Below, in pieces: positions 10,601-20,540 of a stretch of DNA of 64,000 nucleotides; positions within the stretch are counted from its first letter, which is position 1; the number at the start of each line of letters is the position of its first letter. The notes beneath the pieces were generated by a model. It had not been told where the DNA came from, ran no database searches, and saw nothing but the letters and a program-made list of their open reading frames with translations. The position numbers and the translations under genes were made by a program. The DNA comes from a bacterium (GTDB lineage Bacteria; UBA10199; 2-02-FULL-50-16; JAJFLM01). The DNA lies in contig CBDCFN010000016.1 of NCBI GenBank assembly GCA_965216315.1, forward strand, positions 800,001 through 864,000, written 5' to 3'.

Positions 10601-11403
10601 TAAGGCGAATACTGACTTCATTGGCGATGGCTCCACTGCTCATTGGCGCCATTATTTACCCAAACCCCTTCCTGTTTCAGTTGCTTTGTTGGCTCTGTCT
10701 GGGCGTTGCGTTGCTGGAGTACTTTAATCTCACTTGGTCTAAATACCCTCTGTGGCAAAGATATTTCGGAGCCCTCTTGGGTATGGTGTGTTCCGCTCTT
10801 TGGATCATGGGCGTGAATCAGTACATCTCGGGCGTGACACTGACGTCGCTGCTTGTCGGGATTGCTTTTCTTTTCTTTGTATTTCAAGGGCAGTCGGAAG
10901 AGGCGCATAATCGCTTGGGGCATCTCGTCTTTGGCGTTCTTTATGTTGCGGGGCTTGGGACTCATGTGGCGCTCATGCGCGGACTTGATCACGGGGTGTT
11001 TTGGATTTTTGTAACGCTCGCGGCGACGTGGTTGAATGATACCGGTGCTTACTTTGCGGGTCATAAATGGGGCCGGCACCGCTTGGCTCCGGCCATAAGT
11101 CCGGGAAAAACTTGGGAAGGCTGGGTGGGCGGCATTCTCGGCTCGGCGGCAGGGGTCTATGCCTTATGGTATTTGCTGCCAAACCCATTCACGGCGCAGC
11201 AGTTAGCCGTGCTGATTCCCCTGGCCGCTATTTTTGGCCCCTTAGGGGATCTTTCAGAATCTTTGTTGAAGCGATCGACCGGTTTCAAGGACTCGGGACA
11301 TGTGATTCCAGGCCACGGCGGCATGCTGGATCGTATTGACGCTTTACTTTTCGTAGCGCCGTTGTTCTATTATTACGCTCTTTATTTATCCCGCCCCGTG
11401 TAA
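10597..11403 (+). CDS. cdsA: Phosphatidate cytidylyltransferase
   Basis: ISPGKTWEG, KDSGHVIPGHGGMLDRID. Confidence 0.97.
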   Translation: MIRRILTSLAMAPLLIGAIIYPNPFLFQLLCWLCLGVALLEYFNLTWSKYPLWQRYFGALLGMVCSALWIMGVNQYISGVTLTSLLVGIAFLFFVFQGQSEEAHNRLGHLVFGVLYVAGLGTHVALMRGLDHGVFWIFVTLAATWLNDTGAYFAGHKWGRHRLAPAISPGKTWEGWVGGILGSAAGVYALWYLLPNPFTAQQLAVLIPLAAIFGPLGDLSESLLKRSTGFKDSGHVIPGHGGMLDRIDALLFVAPLFYYYALYLSRPV

Positions 11404-11432
11404 AAGCGGGAGTTCGGGAGGATTTAAGTTGT

Positions 11433-12596
11433 ATGAGTAAAAAAATTTCCATACTTGGCAGTACCGGTTCTATTGGCGTTTCAACGCTTGATGTTATTGC
11501 GCGTCATCCGGGTCGTTTCGATGTGGTCGGGTTGGCAGCGGGACGCAATATCGATCTATTGGCACAGCAGGTCATAGCGTTCCAGCCGCAGAAAGTCTCG
11601 GTGTCTGCTGCTGAAGATAAACAGGCGTTGCAAGATCGCTGCGTTGGTTGGTCAGGGGATATCCTGGTAGGAGAAGCGGGTGCTGCCGAAGTCGCTGTCG
11701 AGGTGGAAGCTGATTTAGTTGTTTCGGCGATCGTCGGCGCCGCCGGTTTGGTCCCGACTCACAAAAGTCTGCAGGCTGGAATTGACGTGGCTCTCGCTAA
11801 TAAGGAGAGTCTTGTCATTGCGGGTAAGGTGATGACGGCAGCTGCGCAACAAAATGGAGCGAAGTTTTTTCCTATTGATAGCGAGCATAGTGCCATTTTC
11901 CAGTCTCTTGCTGGCAACGACCCTAAGACGGTTCGTCGTGTCGGGTTGACGGCATCGGGCGGTCCGTTTCGGCTGACCCCTAAGCAGGATTTTGAAAAAG
12001 TGACGCTTGAGCAGGCACTCAAGCACCCTAATTGGTCTATGGGCAATAAAATCACAATTGATAGTGCGACCATGATGAACAAAGGCTTGGAGTTAATTGA
12101 GGCGACGTGGCTCTTCAATTATCCGCCGGAGATGATTGAAATTCTGATCCATCCACAGAGCATCGTGCATTCGATGGTCGAATACGTTGATGGTTCGGTG
12201 ATTGCACAACTCGGCGTTCCTGATATGCGCTGTTGTATTGGCTACGCTTTGGCCTATCCTGATCGTGTTGAGACCGGTGTGGATCGGCTTAATTTATTTG
12301 AAGTGAGGGATCTGAATTTTTACGAGCCGGATTATGATAAGTTTTCCACTTTGATGCTGGCCCGTGAGGCTGCCAAACGAGGTGAGTCCTATTTTGCAGT
12401 TCTTAATGCAGCTAATGAGGTGGCCGTTGAAGCTTTTTTAAAGAAGAAGATAAAATTTTCGGATATCTTTCGCCTGCTTCAGTCAACTTTTGACCGGCAC
12501 AAGCCGTTCGTCATTAATTCGATTGCTGATGTTCTCGAAGCTGATCGGTGGGCCCGCGAGGAAACGAGGAGTGCCTTAGCAAAGGTAGCAGCGTGA
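11433..12596 (+). CDS. dxr: 1-deoxy-D-xylulose-5-phosphate reductoisomerase
   Basis: LGSTGSIG, LANKESLV, PIDSEH, HPNWSMGNKITIDSATMMNKGLE. Confidence 0.98.
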   Translation: MSKKISILGSTGSIGVSTLDVIARHPGRFDVVGLAAGRNIDLLAQQVIAFQPQKVSVSAAEDKQALQDRCVGWSGDILVGEAGAAEVAVEVEADLVVSAIVGAAGLVPTHKSLQAGIDVALANKESLVIAGKVMTAAAQQNGAKFFPIDSEHSAIFQSLAGNDPKTVRRVGLTASGGPFRLTPKQDFEKVTLEQALKHPNWSMGNKITIDSATMMNKGLELIEATWLFNYPPEMIEILIHPQSIVHSMVEYVDGSVIAQLGVPDMRCCIGYALAYPDRVETGVDRLNLFEVRDLNFYEPDYDKFSTLMLAREAAKRGESYFAVLNAANEVAVEAFLKKKIKFSDIFRLLQSTFDRHKPFVINSIADVLEADRWAREETRSALAKVAA

Positions 12597-12600
12597 TCCT

Positions 12601-13962
12601 ATGAGTATATTATATTTTATTATCGCCTTAGGCGTGCTGATTTTCATCCATGAGTTAGGCCATTTTATTATGGCAAAGCGTGCCGGTGTCCGCGTTGAAA
12701 CCTTTTCGCTGGGCTTTGGTCCGCGCCTCATTGGGTTTCGGAAGGGTGAAACACTTTACAAGATCTCAGCATTGCCGCTGGGTGGCTATGTTAAGTTGAC
12801 GGGTGAGGATCCGGCATCGGAAGAGGCGTCGCACCCCAAGTCATTTGCGGGCAAAAGTATTTCAGCACGACTCGGTGTCGTTGCAGCGGGCCCGATCATG
12901 AATCTTGTCTTGGCGGCTTTAATAATGCCGCTTGTATTTATGTTGGGCCGACCCGTTCCGGCCTACTTAGATAAATCACCCGTCGTGACGGGGTTGTTGC
13001 CTGATTCTCCGGCGGCTGAGGCGGGTCTTTTGCCCGGCGATAAAATCATTTCCGTGGGTGGCGAATCGGCTGAGACCTGGGGAGATTTAATCCGCATCGT
13101 CCTGTTGCGACCAAACTCGGAGGCTGTGCTCAAGTGGGAACGCGACGGAGCCGTGCTCGAAGAGACGGTCATGATCCAGACGACGGGTAAGGGGCAGCAA
13201 GCTTATTTGGGAATCGAGCCATCAAGGCTCGCTCTCGAGTCAACACGGATTGATGACGTGGCGTCGAAGGGAGCTGCCGCGCAGGCGGGTCTTCAGGCGG
13301 GAGACCAAATCACCTCAATTAACGGCGAAGCTGTTGCGACCTGGAGTCAGATGTCGGCAAAAGTGCAGGCGAGCGAAGGTAAGCCGCTTACCGTTGAGGT
13401 TGAACGTAATGGCAATAAGGTAACGGCTACTTTGACGCCGGCTTGGGACGAGGGGCTCGATCGATATTTGTTGGGGGTTCAGAAGAGCGGTGCCATTCCG
13501 GATGGAGAAGTCATCATTAAGAAGTTCCCTTTTTGGCAGGCGATTGTAGAGGGAACTAAAGAGAATGTGCGGTTGGCCGGCTTGACCTTTCAGGTGGTGG
13601 GCCGTCTGGTTACCTTTCAGCTTTCTTATAAGTCATTAGGTGGGCCGCTCCGAATTGCTCAGGCATCAGCTGCTGCAGCCCGTTCAGGTGTAGCGGATTT
13701 CCTTTTCTTTATGGCATTTCTCAGTATGCAGCTCGGGGTGCTGAATCTGTTGCCGATTCCCGTGCTGGATGGGGGGCACCTCCTCTTCTTAGGAATCGAA
13801 GCGATACGTCGCAAGCCTGTCAGTCAACGTGTCCAAGGGATTGCCATTCAGCTGGGGCTTTTTCTTCTGCTCTCAGTGATGTTGATCGTGACCGTCAATG
13901 ACATTGATGTCATTTGGGACTGGTCAGCACTTCTTGATAAGCTGAAGTCGGTTTTTTCTTAA
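12601..13962 (+). CDS. rseP: RIP metalloprotease RseP
   Basis: HELGH, two PDZ domains, NLLPIPVLDGGH. Confidence 0.96.
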   Translation: MSILYFIIALGVLIFIHELGHFIMAKRAGVRVETFSLGFGPRLIGFRKGETLYKISALPLGGYVKLTGEDPASEEASHPKSFAGKSISARLGVVAAGPIMNLVLAALIMPLVFMLGRPVPAYLDKSPVVTGLLPDSPAAEAGLLPGDKIISVGGESAETWGDLIRIVLLRPNSEAVLKWERDGAVLEETVMIQTTGKGQQAYLGIEPSRLALESTRIDDVASKGAAAQAGLQAGDQITSINGEAVATWSQMSAKVQASEGKPLTVEVERNGNKVTATLTPAWDEGLDRYLLGVQKSGAIPDGEVIIKKFPFWQAIVEGTKENVRLAGLTFQVVGRLVTFQLSYKSLGGPLRIAQASAAAARSGVADFLFFMAFLSMQLGVLNLLPIPVLDGGHLLFLGIEAIRRKPVSQRVQGIAIQLGLFLLLSVMLIVTVNDIDVIWDWSALLDKLKSVFS

Positions 13963-13972
13963 GCAGTCAAAC

Positions 13973-14272
13973 TTATATGCTCACGCATTGAGCTGCTTTC
14001 CCGTCCGCCGTCATCTTACATGTCTGGCCTTCAGGGCAGGTTTTGTGTACTTGGTATTTGTACTTGCTGTACGAGGAGCAAAAGAGCGTCTTATTTCCTT
14101 CACAAGCGAGTTTGCCTTCCATCGGCCCGATTCCTTCGCATGAAGAACCAACGGTGATTTTTCCGCTGCTACCAGTAGCTTCAGCCTTGTCTCCACCATC
14201 GGAGCACGCTATAAAGCCGACTAAAGAAATAACCAGTGCGAGTTGGATTGAGAATAAAGTGGCTTGTTTCAT
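13973..14272 (-). CDS. Small Cys-rich putative lipoprotein
   Basis: Lipobox-like FIAC after a hydrophobic stretch; six further Cys; GGAGG RBS; TTGACA-N17-TCTACT upstream (14315-14343). Confidence 0.75.
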   Translation of the reverse strand: MKQATLFSIQLALVISLVGFIACSDGGDKAEATGSSGKITVGSSCEGIGPMEGKLACEGNKTLFCSSYSKYKYQVHKTCPEGQTCKMTADGKAAQCVSI

Positions 14273-14377
14273 TGATCCCTCCAGGAAGTTAGATGGGCGT
14301 TACAAGATCGAGGGAGTAGATCATTGTGTTGAGACGATGTCAATTTATGCGTATTTATCTGTAACCTGGCGGATGCA

Positions 14378-15016
14378 ATGAAGTTATTGGCGATCGAAAC
14401 AAGTTCCGCGAATGGTGGAATTGCCTTATTGGATGGCGAAAACGTCATGGGCGAACGGCCGTTGCAGCTCTCAAGGACGGCATCGACGCTCTTGTTGCCA
14501 GCGATTTCGGAGTTGTTCGAGACCGTCGCGTGGCCGCTCGCATCACTGGATGCAATCGCGGTCAGTATTGGCCCCGGTTCATTCACCGGCGTCCGGATTG
14601 GGGTGGCCACCGCTCAGGGTTTGGCGTCGGCCGCGGGATTGGGTGTTTACGGGGTGCCTTCATTACTTGCTTTGGCCGCGCAGGCGACAACGGAAGACCC
14701 GCGAATTGCCGTCGTGAAGTCGGCGCCGGCCGGAGAATTTTTCTTCACCGCGTATGAAGGTGGGTCAATGCAACCCGCAGTCCTTGCCGCGGAAGGGCGC
14801 TACCAACCAAGCTATATCCTTGAAATGATTGAAAAAATATCCCCACTCCATGTTGTGTGCGAGGGAGGTGGTTTTGAGGGATTAGTGGCCGAGGAGGTTG
14901 GGGCGCGTGCCAGCGCGCTGGGTCGCGTGGCGCAGGGCATGGGGCCGGAAGCTCTGTGCCCGGCAGGAGTGAGTCTGGAGGTTCGTCATTACGCCCCCGA
15001 GTATCGTCAGATTTGA
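14378..15016 (+). CDS. tsaB: tRNA threonylcarbamoyladenosine biosynthesis protein TsaB
   Basis: LAIETSS, AIAVSIGPGSFTGVRIG. Confidence 0.93.
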   Translation: MKLLAIETSSANGGIALLDGENVMGERPLQLSRTASTLLLPAISELFETVAWPLASLDAIAVSIGPGSFTGVRIGVATAQGLASAAGLGVYGVPSLLALAAQATTEDPRIAVVKSAPAGEFFFTAYEGGSMQPAVLAAEGRYQPSYILEMIEKISPLHVVCEGGGFEGLVAEEVGARASALGRVAQGMGPEALCPAGVSLEVRHYAPEYRQI

Positions 15017-15032
15017 AATTGGCCATAGGCCC

Positions 15033-15060
15033 TTGACATGAAAGGGTTTTTCGCTATCAT
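15033..15060 (+). promoter_or_regulatory. Sigma70 promoter of the ilv-leu operon
   Basis: TTGACA-N16-TATCAT just upstream of the leader ORF. Confidence 0.65.
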
Positions 15061-15069
15061 GTTCCGATA

Positions 15070-15141
15070 ATGACACAACGAGTCCTTACACACCTTCGAG
15101 TTACCGTGCCCCTCCTTCGCGGGAGGCCATCGGCACCGTAG
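15070..15141 (+). CDS. Putative ilv operon leader peptide MTQRVLTHLRVTVPLLRGRPSAP
   Basis: 23-aa ORF with 3 Val, 4 Leu and 3 Thr between the promoter and terminator upstream of ilvB. Confidence 0.65.
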   Translation: MTQRVLTHLRVTVPLLRGRPSAP

Positions 15142-15173
15142 TGTTTAAGGATCATTTTTGTAAAACCTTAAAG

Positions 15174-15212
15174 GCCGCGGGCTGATCATGATGAGAAGCC
15201 GCGGCTGTTTTT
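15174..15212 (+). terminator. Attenuator terminator upstream of ilvB
   Basis: GCCGCGG(G)CT...AGCCGCGGC hairpin followed by TGTTTTT. Confidence 0.75.
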
Positions 15213-15228
15213 GTATATAGAGGTTAGG

Positions 15229-16935
15229 ATGGAATTAACCGGCGCCCAAATATTTGTGAAGACACTTCAGGATTTAAATGTGGATACCGTATTTGGTTAT
15301 CCGGGTGGAGTGGTCTTATTTATCTATGACGAAATTTATAAGCAGGATCAGTTTAAGCATATTCTGGTCCGCCATGAACAGGCCGCTGTCCACATGGCGG
15401 ATGGTTATGCCAAGGTAACGGGTAAGCCGGGAGTGGCGTTAGTGACTTCAGGGCCAGGAGCAACGAATACCGTAACCGGATTGGCGACGGCCTATATGGA
15501 TTCTGTGCCGATGGTTTGTTTTACAGGGCAGGTACCGGTCGCCATGATTGGTAATGATGCTTTCCAGGAGGCGGATGTCATTGGCATTACGCGGCCTTGC
15601 ACAAAGCACAACTTCTTAGTCAAAGACGTCGCCGATTTAGAGCGTATTATCCATGAGGCCTTTTATATAGCGAGCACCGGTCGTCCCGGTCCGGTTGTTG
15701 TTGATATTCCAAAAGATGTCACGACCAATATGGCGGAATATAAAGGCATTAAGTCTGTATCTATGCGTGGGTATAAACCGGATCGGCTGAAGCCGGAGCC
15801 GGGTCCGGTAGCTCAAGCGATCGAAATGATTTTTAAGGCACGCAAGCCGGTGTTGTATGTTGGGGGCGGAATAGTCGCTGCGGGAGCCGAAAAAGAGCTG
15901 CGTGCACTAGCGGATAAACTACAGATTCCCGTAGGAATTACATTGATGGGTTTGGGCGGATTTCCGGGGGCGCATCCGCTTTCGATGGGAATGTTGGGGA
16001 TGCATGGCGGCTATTGGTCCAATATGGCGATGAGTGAATCGGATTTGCTTATCGCGTTGGGTCCGCGTTTTGATGATCGTGTTACCGGTAAGCTGGATCA
16101 ATTCTCACCGAATTCCAAGCGAATTCACTTGGATATTGATGCGACATCCATCGGTAAGAACGTGGCCGTGGATTGCGGTATTGTGGGTGATGCCAGGTAT
16201 GTGATTCAGATGATGCTGGACAATCTGGAGAAACAGCCGCCGGAACGAATTGAGGCCTACGTTAATGAATTGGCGCCGTGGCGTGACCAGATCAACCAGT
16301 GGCGCGCGGATCACCCCATCAGTTATGAGCAGGACCCCGAGGGTGACATATTGCCGCAGTATGTGATCGACAAGATTGCAGAGCTGACGGATGGCAATGC
16401 GATCATTACGACTGATGTGGGCCAGCATCAGATGTGGGCCGCCCAGTTCTATCCGTTTAATCAGCCGCGTCGTTGGTGTACGTCAGGTGGATTGGGTACA
16501 ATGGGTTACGGATTTCCGGCGGCGATCGGCGCCCAATTTCCTTGCCCCGATGAAACGGTTATCTGTATCTCAGGGGATGGAAGCATCATGATGAATATTC
16601 AAGAGATTGCGACCGCCGTTCAGTACGATACACCGGTCATTGTCGCGATCCTTAATAACTCCTATTTGGGAATGGTGAGGCAGTGGCAGCAATTCTTTTA
16701 TGATAAGCGCTATTCGGAATCGAGTATGGCGCCGTTGCCCGATTTTGTTAAATTGGCTGAGAGTTTTGGGGCGGTCGGATTTATGGTCGACAAGGTTAAA
16801 GATGTTGAGCCGGTACTTAAGCAAGCTATCGAAGTACGTAAGCCCTGCATCATCGACTTTCGCGTCTCTCCTGAGGAGAACGTGTTTCCGATGATACCGG
16901 CGGGTAAAGGCCATCACGAAATGTTGTTAGCATAA
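15229..16935 (+). CDS. ilvB: Acetolactate synthase large subunit
   Basis: FGYPGG, VRHEQAA, TSGPGATN, DVGQHQMW, GDGS TPP motif; start ATG 15229. Confidence 0.97.
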   Translation: MELTGAQIFVKTLQDLNVDTVFGYPGGVVLFIYDEIYKQDQFKHILVRHEQAAVHMADGYAKVTGKPGVALVTSGPGATNTVTGLATAYMDSVPMVCFTGQVPVAMIGNDAFQEADVIGITRPCTKHNFLVKDVADLERIIHEAFYIASTGRPGPVVVDIPKDVTTNMAEYKGIKSVSMRGYKPDRLKPEPGPVAQAIEMIFKARKPVLYVGGGIVAAGAEKELRALADKLQIPVGITLMGLGGFPGAHPLSMGMLGMHGGYWSNMAMSESDLLIALGPRFDDRVTGKLDQFSPNSKRIHLDIDATSIGKNVAVDCGIVGDARYVIQMMLDNLEKQPPERIEAYVNELAPWRDQINQWRADHPISYEQDPEGDILPQYVIDKIAELTDGNAIITTDVGQHQMWAAQFYPFNQPRRWCTSGGLGTMGYGFPAAIGAQFPCPDETVICISGDGSIMMNIQEIATAVQYDTPVIVAILNNSYLGMVRQWQQFFYDKRYSESSMAPLPDFVKLAESFGAVGFMVDKVKDVEPVLKQAIEVRKPCIIDFRVSPEENVFPMIPAGKGHHEMLLA

Positions 16936-16945
16936 GGTTAAAACG

Positions 16946-17452
16946 ATGAGCGAATTAGTACGACATACAATATCTGTTTTGGTAGAGAACGAGTTTGGGG
17001 TTCTGGTCCGGGTGGCTGGTCTGTTTTCAGGGCGAGGTTATAATATTGATAGTCTCACGGTTTCACCGACCTTAGATCAATCCGTTTCCAGAATGACAAT
17101 TGTGACGGCAGGAAATGAACAAATTGTCGAACAAATTTTGAAGCAGCTGAACCGATTGATAAACGTGATTAAGGTAGAAGACCTGACGGACGGATCGTTC
17201 CTGGAACGAGAATTGATTTTAGTCAAGGTGCGACGTGAAGAGTCAACGCATGGAGAATTGTTGCAGGTCGTCGAATTGTTTGGGGGCCGCATTGTTGGCG
17301 ATGAAGAGTCGACTTATATGTTAGAATTTACTGGAGATGAAAAAGCCTTAGAGCAGATACTCGATAAGCTGAGGCCTTTTGGAATATTAGAGTTTGTTAG
17401 CTCAGGAAGTATTGCGATTGGGCGGGGAACTCATACTCTTGAGGAGTCTTAG
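16946..17452 (+). CDS. ilvN: Acetolactate synthase small (regulatory) subunit
   Basis: ISVLVENEFGVL...GYNIDSL ACT domain. Confidence 0.95.
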   Translation: MSELVRHTISVLVENEFGVLVRVAGLFSGRGYNIDSLTVSPTLDQSVSRMTIVTAGNEQIVEQILKQLNRLINVIKVEDLTDGSFLERELILVKVRREESTHGELLQVVELFGGRIVGDEESTYMLEFTGDEKALEQILDKLRPFGILEFVSSGSIAIGRGTHTLEES

Positions 17453-18100
17453 ATGGCTGAATCAGTAAGAGTGCCTATTGCGCGGGAAGGATACCCCTTT
17501 ATAGGGATTGCCGCCTTTTTAGCCGTGACGAGCTGGGCCGTCGGTTGGGAGCGGATCGCCGCGATTTTTTTCGTACTTACGGTGTTTGTGATTAGTTTTT
17601 TTCGTGACCCGGATCGAAAGATTGTTGCGGAAGATGGCGATGTCCTGTCTCCGGCGGATGGGCGAGTTTTGAATGTGGAAACGATAAAAAAGAGTCCCTA
17701 TAATGATACGCCTTGCCAAAAAATTGTCATATTTATGTCCGTATTCAATGCGCACATAAATCGCATACCATTTTCGGGCACAGTACGCTCGATTCGGTAT
17801 GCGCCAGGGCGTTTTCTGATGGGTTTTTCTGAGAAAGCGTCATTGGAAAATGAACAGAATGCCGTACGCATCGAGGATGAAAAGGGGAGGGCTCTTACCA
17901 TGGTGCAGATAGCGGGGCTCGTGGCTCGGCGAATCATCTGTTATCTGGAAGAGAATGCTAAAGTTCGTGTCGGGGAGCGGTTTGGCCTGATTCGTTTCGG
18001 GTCACGCGTTGATGTCTATTTGCCTGAGGACGCTGAGGTATTGGTGGTTCCGGGTGATCGCGTCAAGGCGGGTTTAAATAAAATCGCTCGCATGAATTAA
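17453..18100 (+). CDS. psd: Phosphatidylserine decarboxylase proenzyme
   Basis: FFRDP, SPADG, FGSRVD cleavage motif. Confidence 0.95.
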   Translation: MAESVRVPIAREGYPFIGIAAFLAVTSWAVGWERIAAIFFVLTVFVISFFRDPDRKIVAEDGDVLSPADGRVLNVETIKKSPYNDTPCQKIVIFMSVFNAHINRIPFSGTVRSIRYAPGRFLMGFSEKASLENEQNAVRIEDEKGRALTMVQIAGLVARRIICYLEENAKVRVGERFGLIRFGSRVDVYLPEDAEVLVVPGDRVKAGLNKIARMN

Positions 18101-18113
18101 TGAGGAACGTAAT

Positions 18114-18947
18114 ATGAAAAAACGTGTCGGGGAGTTGAAAAAGATTTATCTATTGCCAAATCTTGTAACAACCTGTTGCCTTTTTGCAGGTTCCTTTTCG
18201 ATCATGCAGTCATTGGACGGTGATTTTACGGCGGCTGCTTGGGCGATACTGATTGCTTCGGTCTTTGATTCTCTAGATGGGCGTTTAGCCCGCTTGACAG
18301 GGAGTGAGAGCTCTTTTGGCGTTCAGTATGATTCACTGTCTGATTTGACGAGTTTTGGTGTGGCGCCGGCTATCCTGGTTTATAGTTGGACACTGCAAAA
18401 CTTTTCCCGACTGGGCATTGCCGTAGCATTTCTATATGTCGCCTGCGCGGCACTGCGATTGGCGCGATATAATGTTCAAATATCTCGGGTCGAAAAAAGC
18501 TCTTTTCAAGGGCTTCCCGTTCCTGCAGCGGCCTGTATGTTGGGCACTATGGTAATTTTTTATAATCATATTTATGGGCCGATTCGCGTAGAAAGCTATT
18601 TGTGTATGGCGGTGACTTTTATTTTAGCCGCCTTAATGGTGTCGAGTTTTCGCTACCCGTCATTTAAAGGGATAGATTTTCGGAGTCGTCGCTCATTCCA
18701 TTACTTAGTGTGGGGAGTAGGCCTGATTGTTGTAATAGCGTTAGAGCCGCGGATTACTTTATTTTTACTTGCCGTTATTTATGTAGCTTATGGTTTATTT
18801 GAGCGAGTCATCTTCATGCATAGAAAATCGATGGCACGACAAGCGGTTGAAGTGGCAACGCGGGCTAAAAAGAAGTCAGGTAATGTTCAAGTGCTGCAAA
18901 TAAATCGCGAAGTTAACTCAAAAGTGGATAGCAATGAGCAGCCTTAA
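18114..18947 (+). CDS. pssA: CDP-diacylglycerol--serine O-phosphatidyltransferase
   Basis: LPNLVT, DSLDGRLAR...FGVQYDSLSDLTSFGVAP. Confidence 0.95.
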   Translation: MKKRVGELKKIYLLPNLVTTCCLFAGSFSIMQSLDGDFTAAAWAILIASVFDSLDGRLARLTGSESSFGVQYDSLSDLTSFGVAPAILVYSWTLQNFSRLGIAVAFLYVACAALRLARYNVQISRVEKSSFQGLPVPAAACMLGTMVIFYNHIYGPIRVESYLCMAVTFILAALMVSSFRYPSFKGIDFRSRRSFHYLVWGVGLIVVIALEPRITLFLLAVIYVAYGLFERVIFMHRKSMARQAVEVATRAKKKSGNVQVLQINREVNSKVDSNEQP

Positions 18948-18964
18948 TTGATGAAGTCGTTGAT

Positions 18965-20491
18965 ATGGATAAAGTAATTATATTCGATACATCTTTGCGC
19001 GACGGGGAGCAGTCTCCGGGATTCAGTATGAATCTGGAGGAGAAGTTTCAGATGGCAAAGCAGCTGGCTCGACTTAAAGTCGATGTCATTGAGGCGGGGT
19101 TTCCCGTAGCCAGTCCTGGTGATTTTGAGGCCGTTGAATACCTGGCGAATCATGTGGAAGGTCCGGTGATTGCCGGACTGTCTCGTGCCAAAAAAGACGA
19201 TATTGATGTTTGTTGGCGTGCGATACAAGGAGCTAAGCGGACTCGAATTCACACCTTCATTGCATCGTCCGATATTCATTTGAAATACAAATTTAATGCG
19301 TCGCGTGAGGAAGTATTGAAAATGGCCGTCGATGCGGTTGAGCATGCCAAAAAATATACGGATAATGTTGAATTCTCAGCAGAAGATGCGACGCGTAGTG
19401 ATCGCAAGTATTTAGCTCAGTTAGTGGAGGCAACGATTGAAGCGGGCGCAACGACTGTAAACATTCCTGATACAGTTGGTTATACGATACCGAGTGAGTA
19501 CGGGAGCCTGATTCGCTACTTAAGAGAACATGTGAAGAATATCGATCGGGCCGTTATCAGTGTTCATTGTCATAATGATCTAGGGCTGGCGGTGGCTAAT
19601 TCATTGGCGGCTATCCAAAATGGTGCGCGGCAAGTTGAATGTACGATTAACGGTATCGGTGAGCGAGCGGGCAATGCTTCAATGGAAGAAATTGTAATGG
19701 CTTTAAAGGTGCGTGAGCAAACACTGAACCTTGATACAGGCATTGATACGGAGCAGATTTATTCGACGAGTAAACTGTTGAGTCATATTACGGGGATTAA
19801 AGTTCAGCCCAATAAGGCCATTGTGGGCGCGAATGCCTTTGCCCATGAATCGGGCATCCACCAGGACGGACTACTTAAATCCGAAATGACTTATTCCATT
19901 ATGACGCCTCAATCGATTGGTTTGAGTGAGCATCAGATGGTGCTTGGTAAACATTCAGGTCGTGCGGCATTGCGTTCAAAGTTGCAGGACATGGGTTATG
20001 ATCTGAGTGAAGATGATTTTATGAGTTTCTTTAATCTGTTTAAGGAGCTGGCAGACAAAAAGAAAGAAGTTTACGATGATGATATTCACGTGCTCGTTGC
20101 ATCCATGTCGCAGGATGTAAAGGACCGTTTTCAGTTGGGTGAGGTGGAGATTAGTAGTGGGACTCACAAGATGGCTGAGGCGCGTGTGCAAATTTCTATC
20201 GATGGATCGTTGCAAGAGGGGCAGGGGCAGGGTGATGGGCCCGTTGATGCGATATTTGCCGTTATTCGCAAGTTAACCGGCTTTACCGGGCGTTTGAACC
20301 GTTTCTCGGTTAATGCTATTACCGGAGGGGCGGACGCTCAAGGGGAAGTAACGGTAGAAGTTGAAAGAGATGGAAGAATTGTGCGTGGAGTCGGTTCGCA
20401 CACGGATATAGTCGTTGCTTCTGCGAAGGCTTATGTCAATGCTTTGAATCGGCTGGAAACGGCTGCGAGAGAAGTCGAAGTGCATATGTAA
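18965..20491 (+). CDS. leuA: 2-isopropylmalate synthase
   Basis: [26 protein letters not shown]-terminal regulatory domain. Confidence 0.97.
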   Translation: MDKVIIFDTSLRDGEQSPGFSMNLEEKFQMAKQLARLKVDVIEAGFPVASPGDFEAVEYLANHVEGPVIAGLSRAKKDDIDVCWRAIQGAKRTRIHTFIASSDIHLKYKFNASREEVLKMAVDAVEHAKKYTDNVEFSAEDATRSDRKYLAQLVEATIEAGATTVNIPDTVGYTIPSEYGSLIRYLREHVKNIDRAVISVHCHNDLGLAVANSLAAIQNGARQVECTINGIGERAGNASMEEIVMALKVREQTLNLDTGIDTEQIYSTSKLLSHITGIKVQPNKAIVGANAFAHESGIHQDGLLKSEMTYSIMTPQSIGLSEHQMVLGKHSGRAALRSKLQDMGYDLSEDDFMSFFNLFKELADKKKEVYDDDIHVLVASMSQDVKDRFQLGEVEISSGTHKMAEARVQISIDGSLQEGQGQGDGPVDAIFAVIRKLTGFTGRLNRFSVNAITGGADAQGEVTVEVERDGRIVRGVGSHTDIVVASAKAYVNALNRLETAAREVEVHM

Positions 20492-20540
20492 TAAAAGTTT
20501 CATGTCTCCCGTGTCAGGGGTTATCAGAAGGAATGTAATA

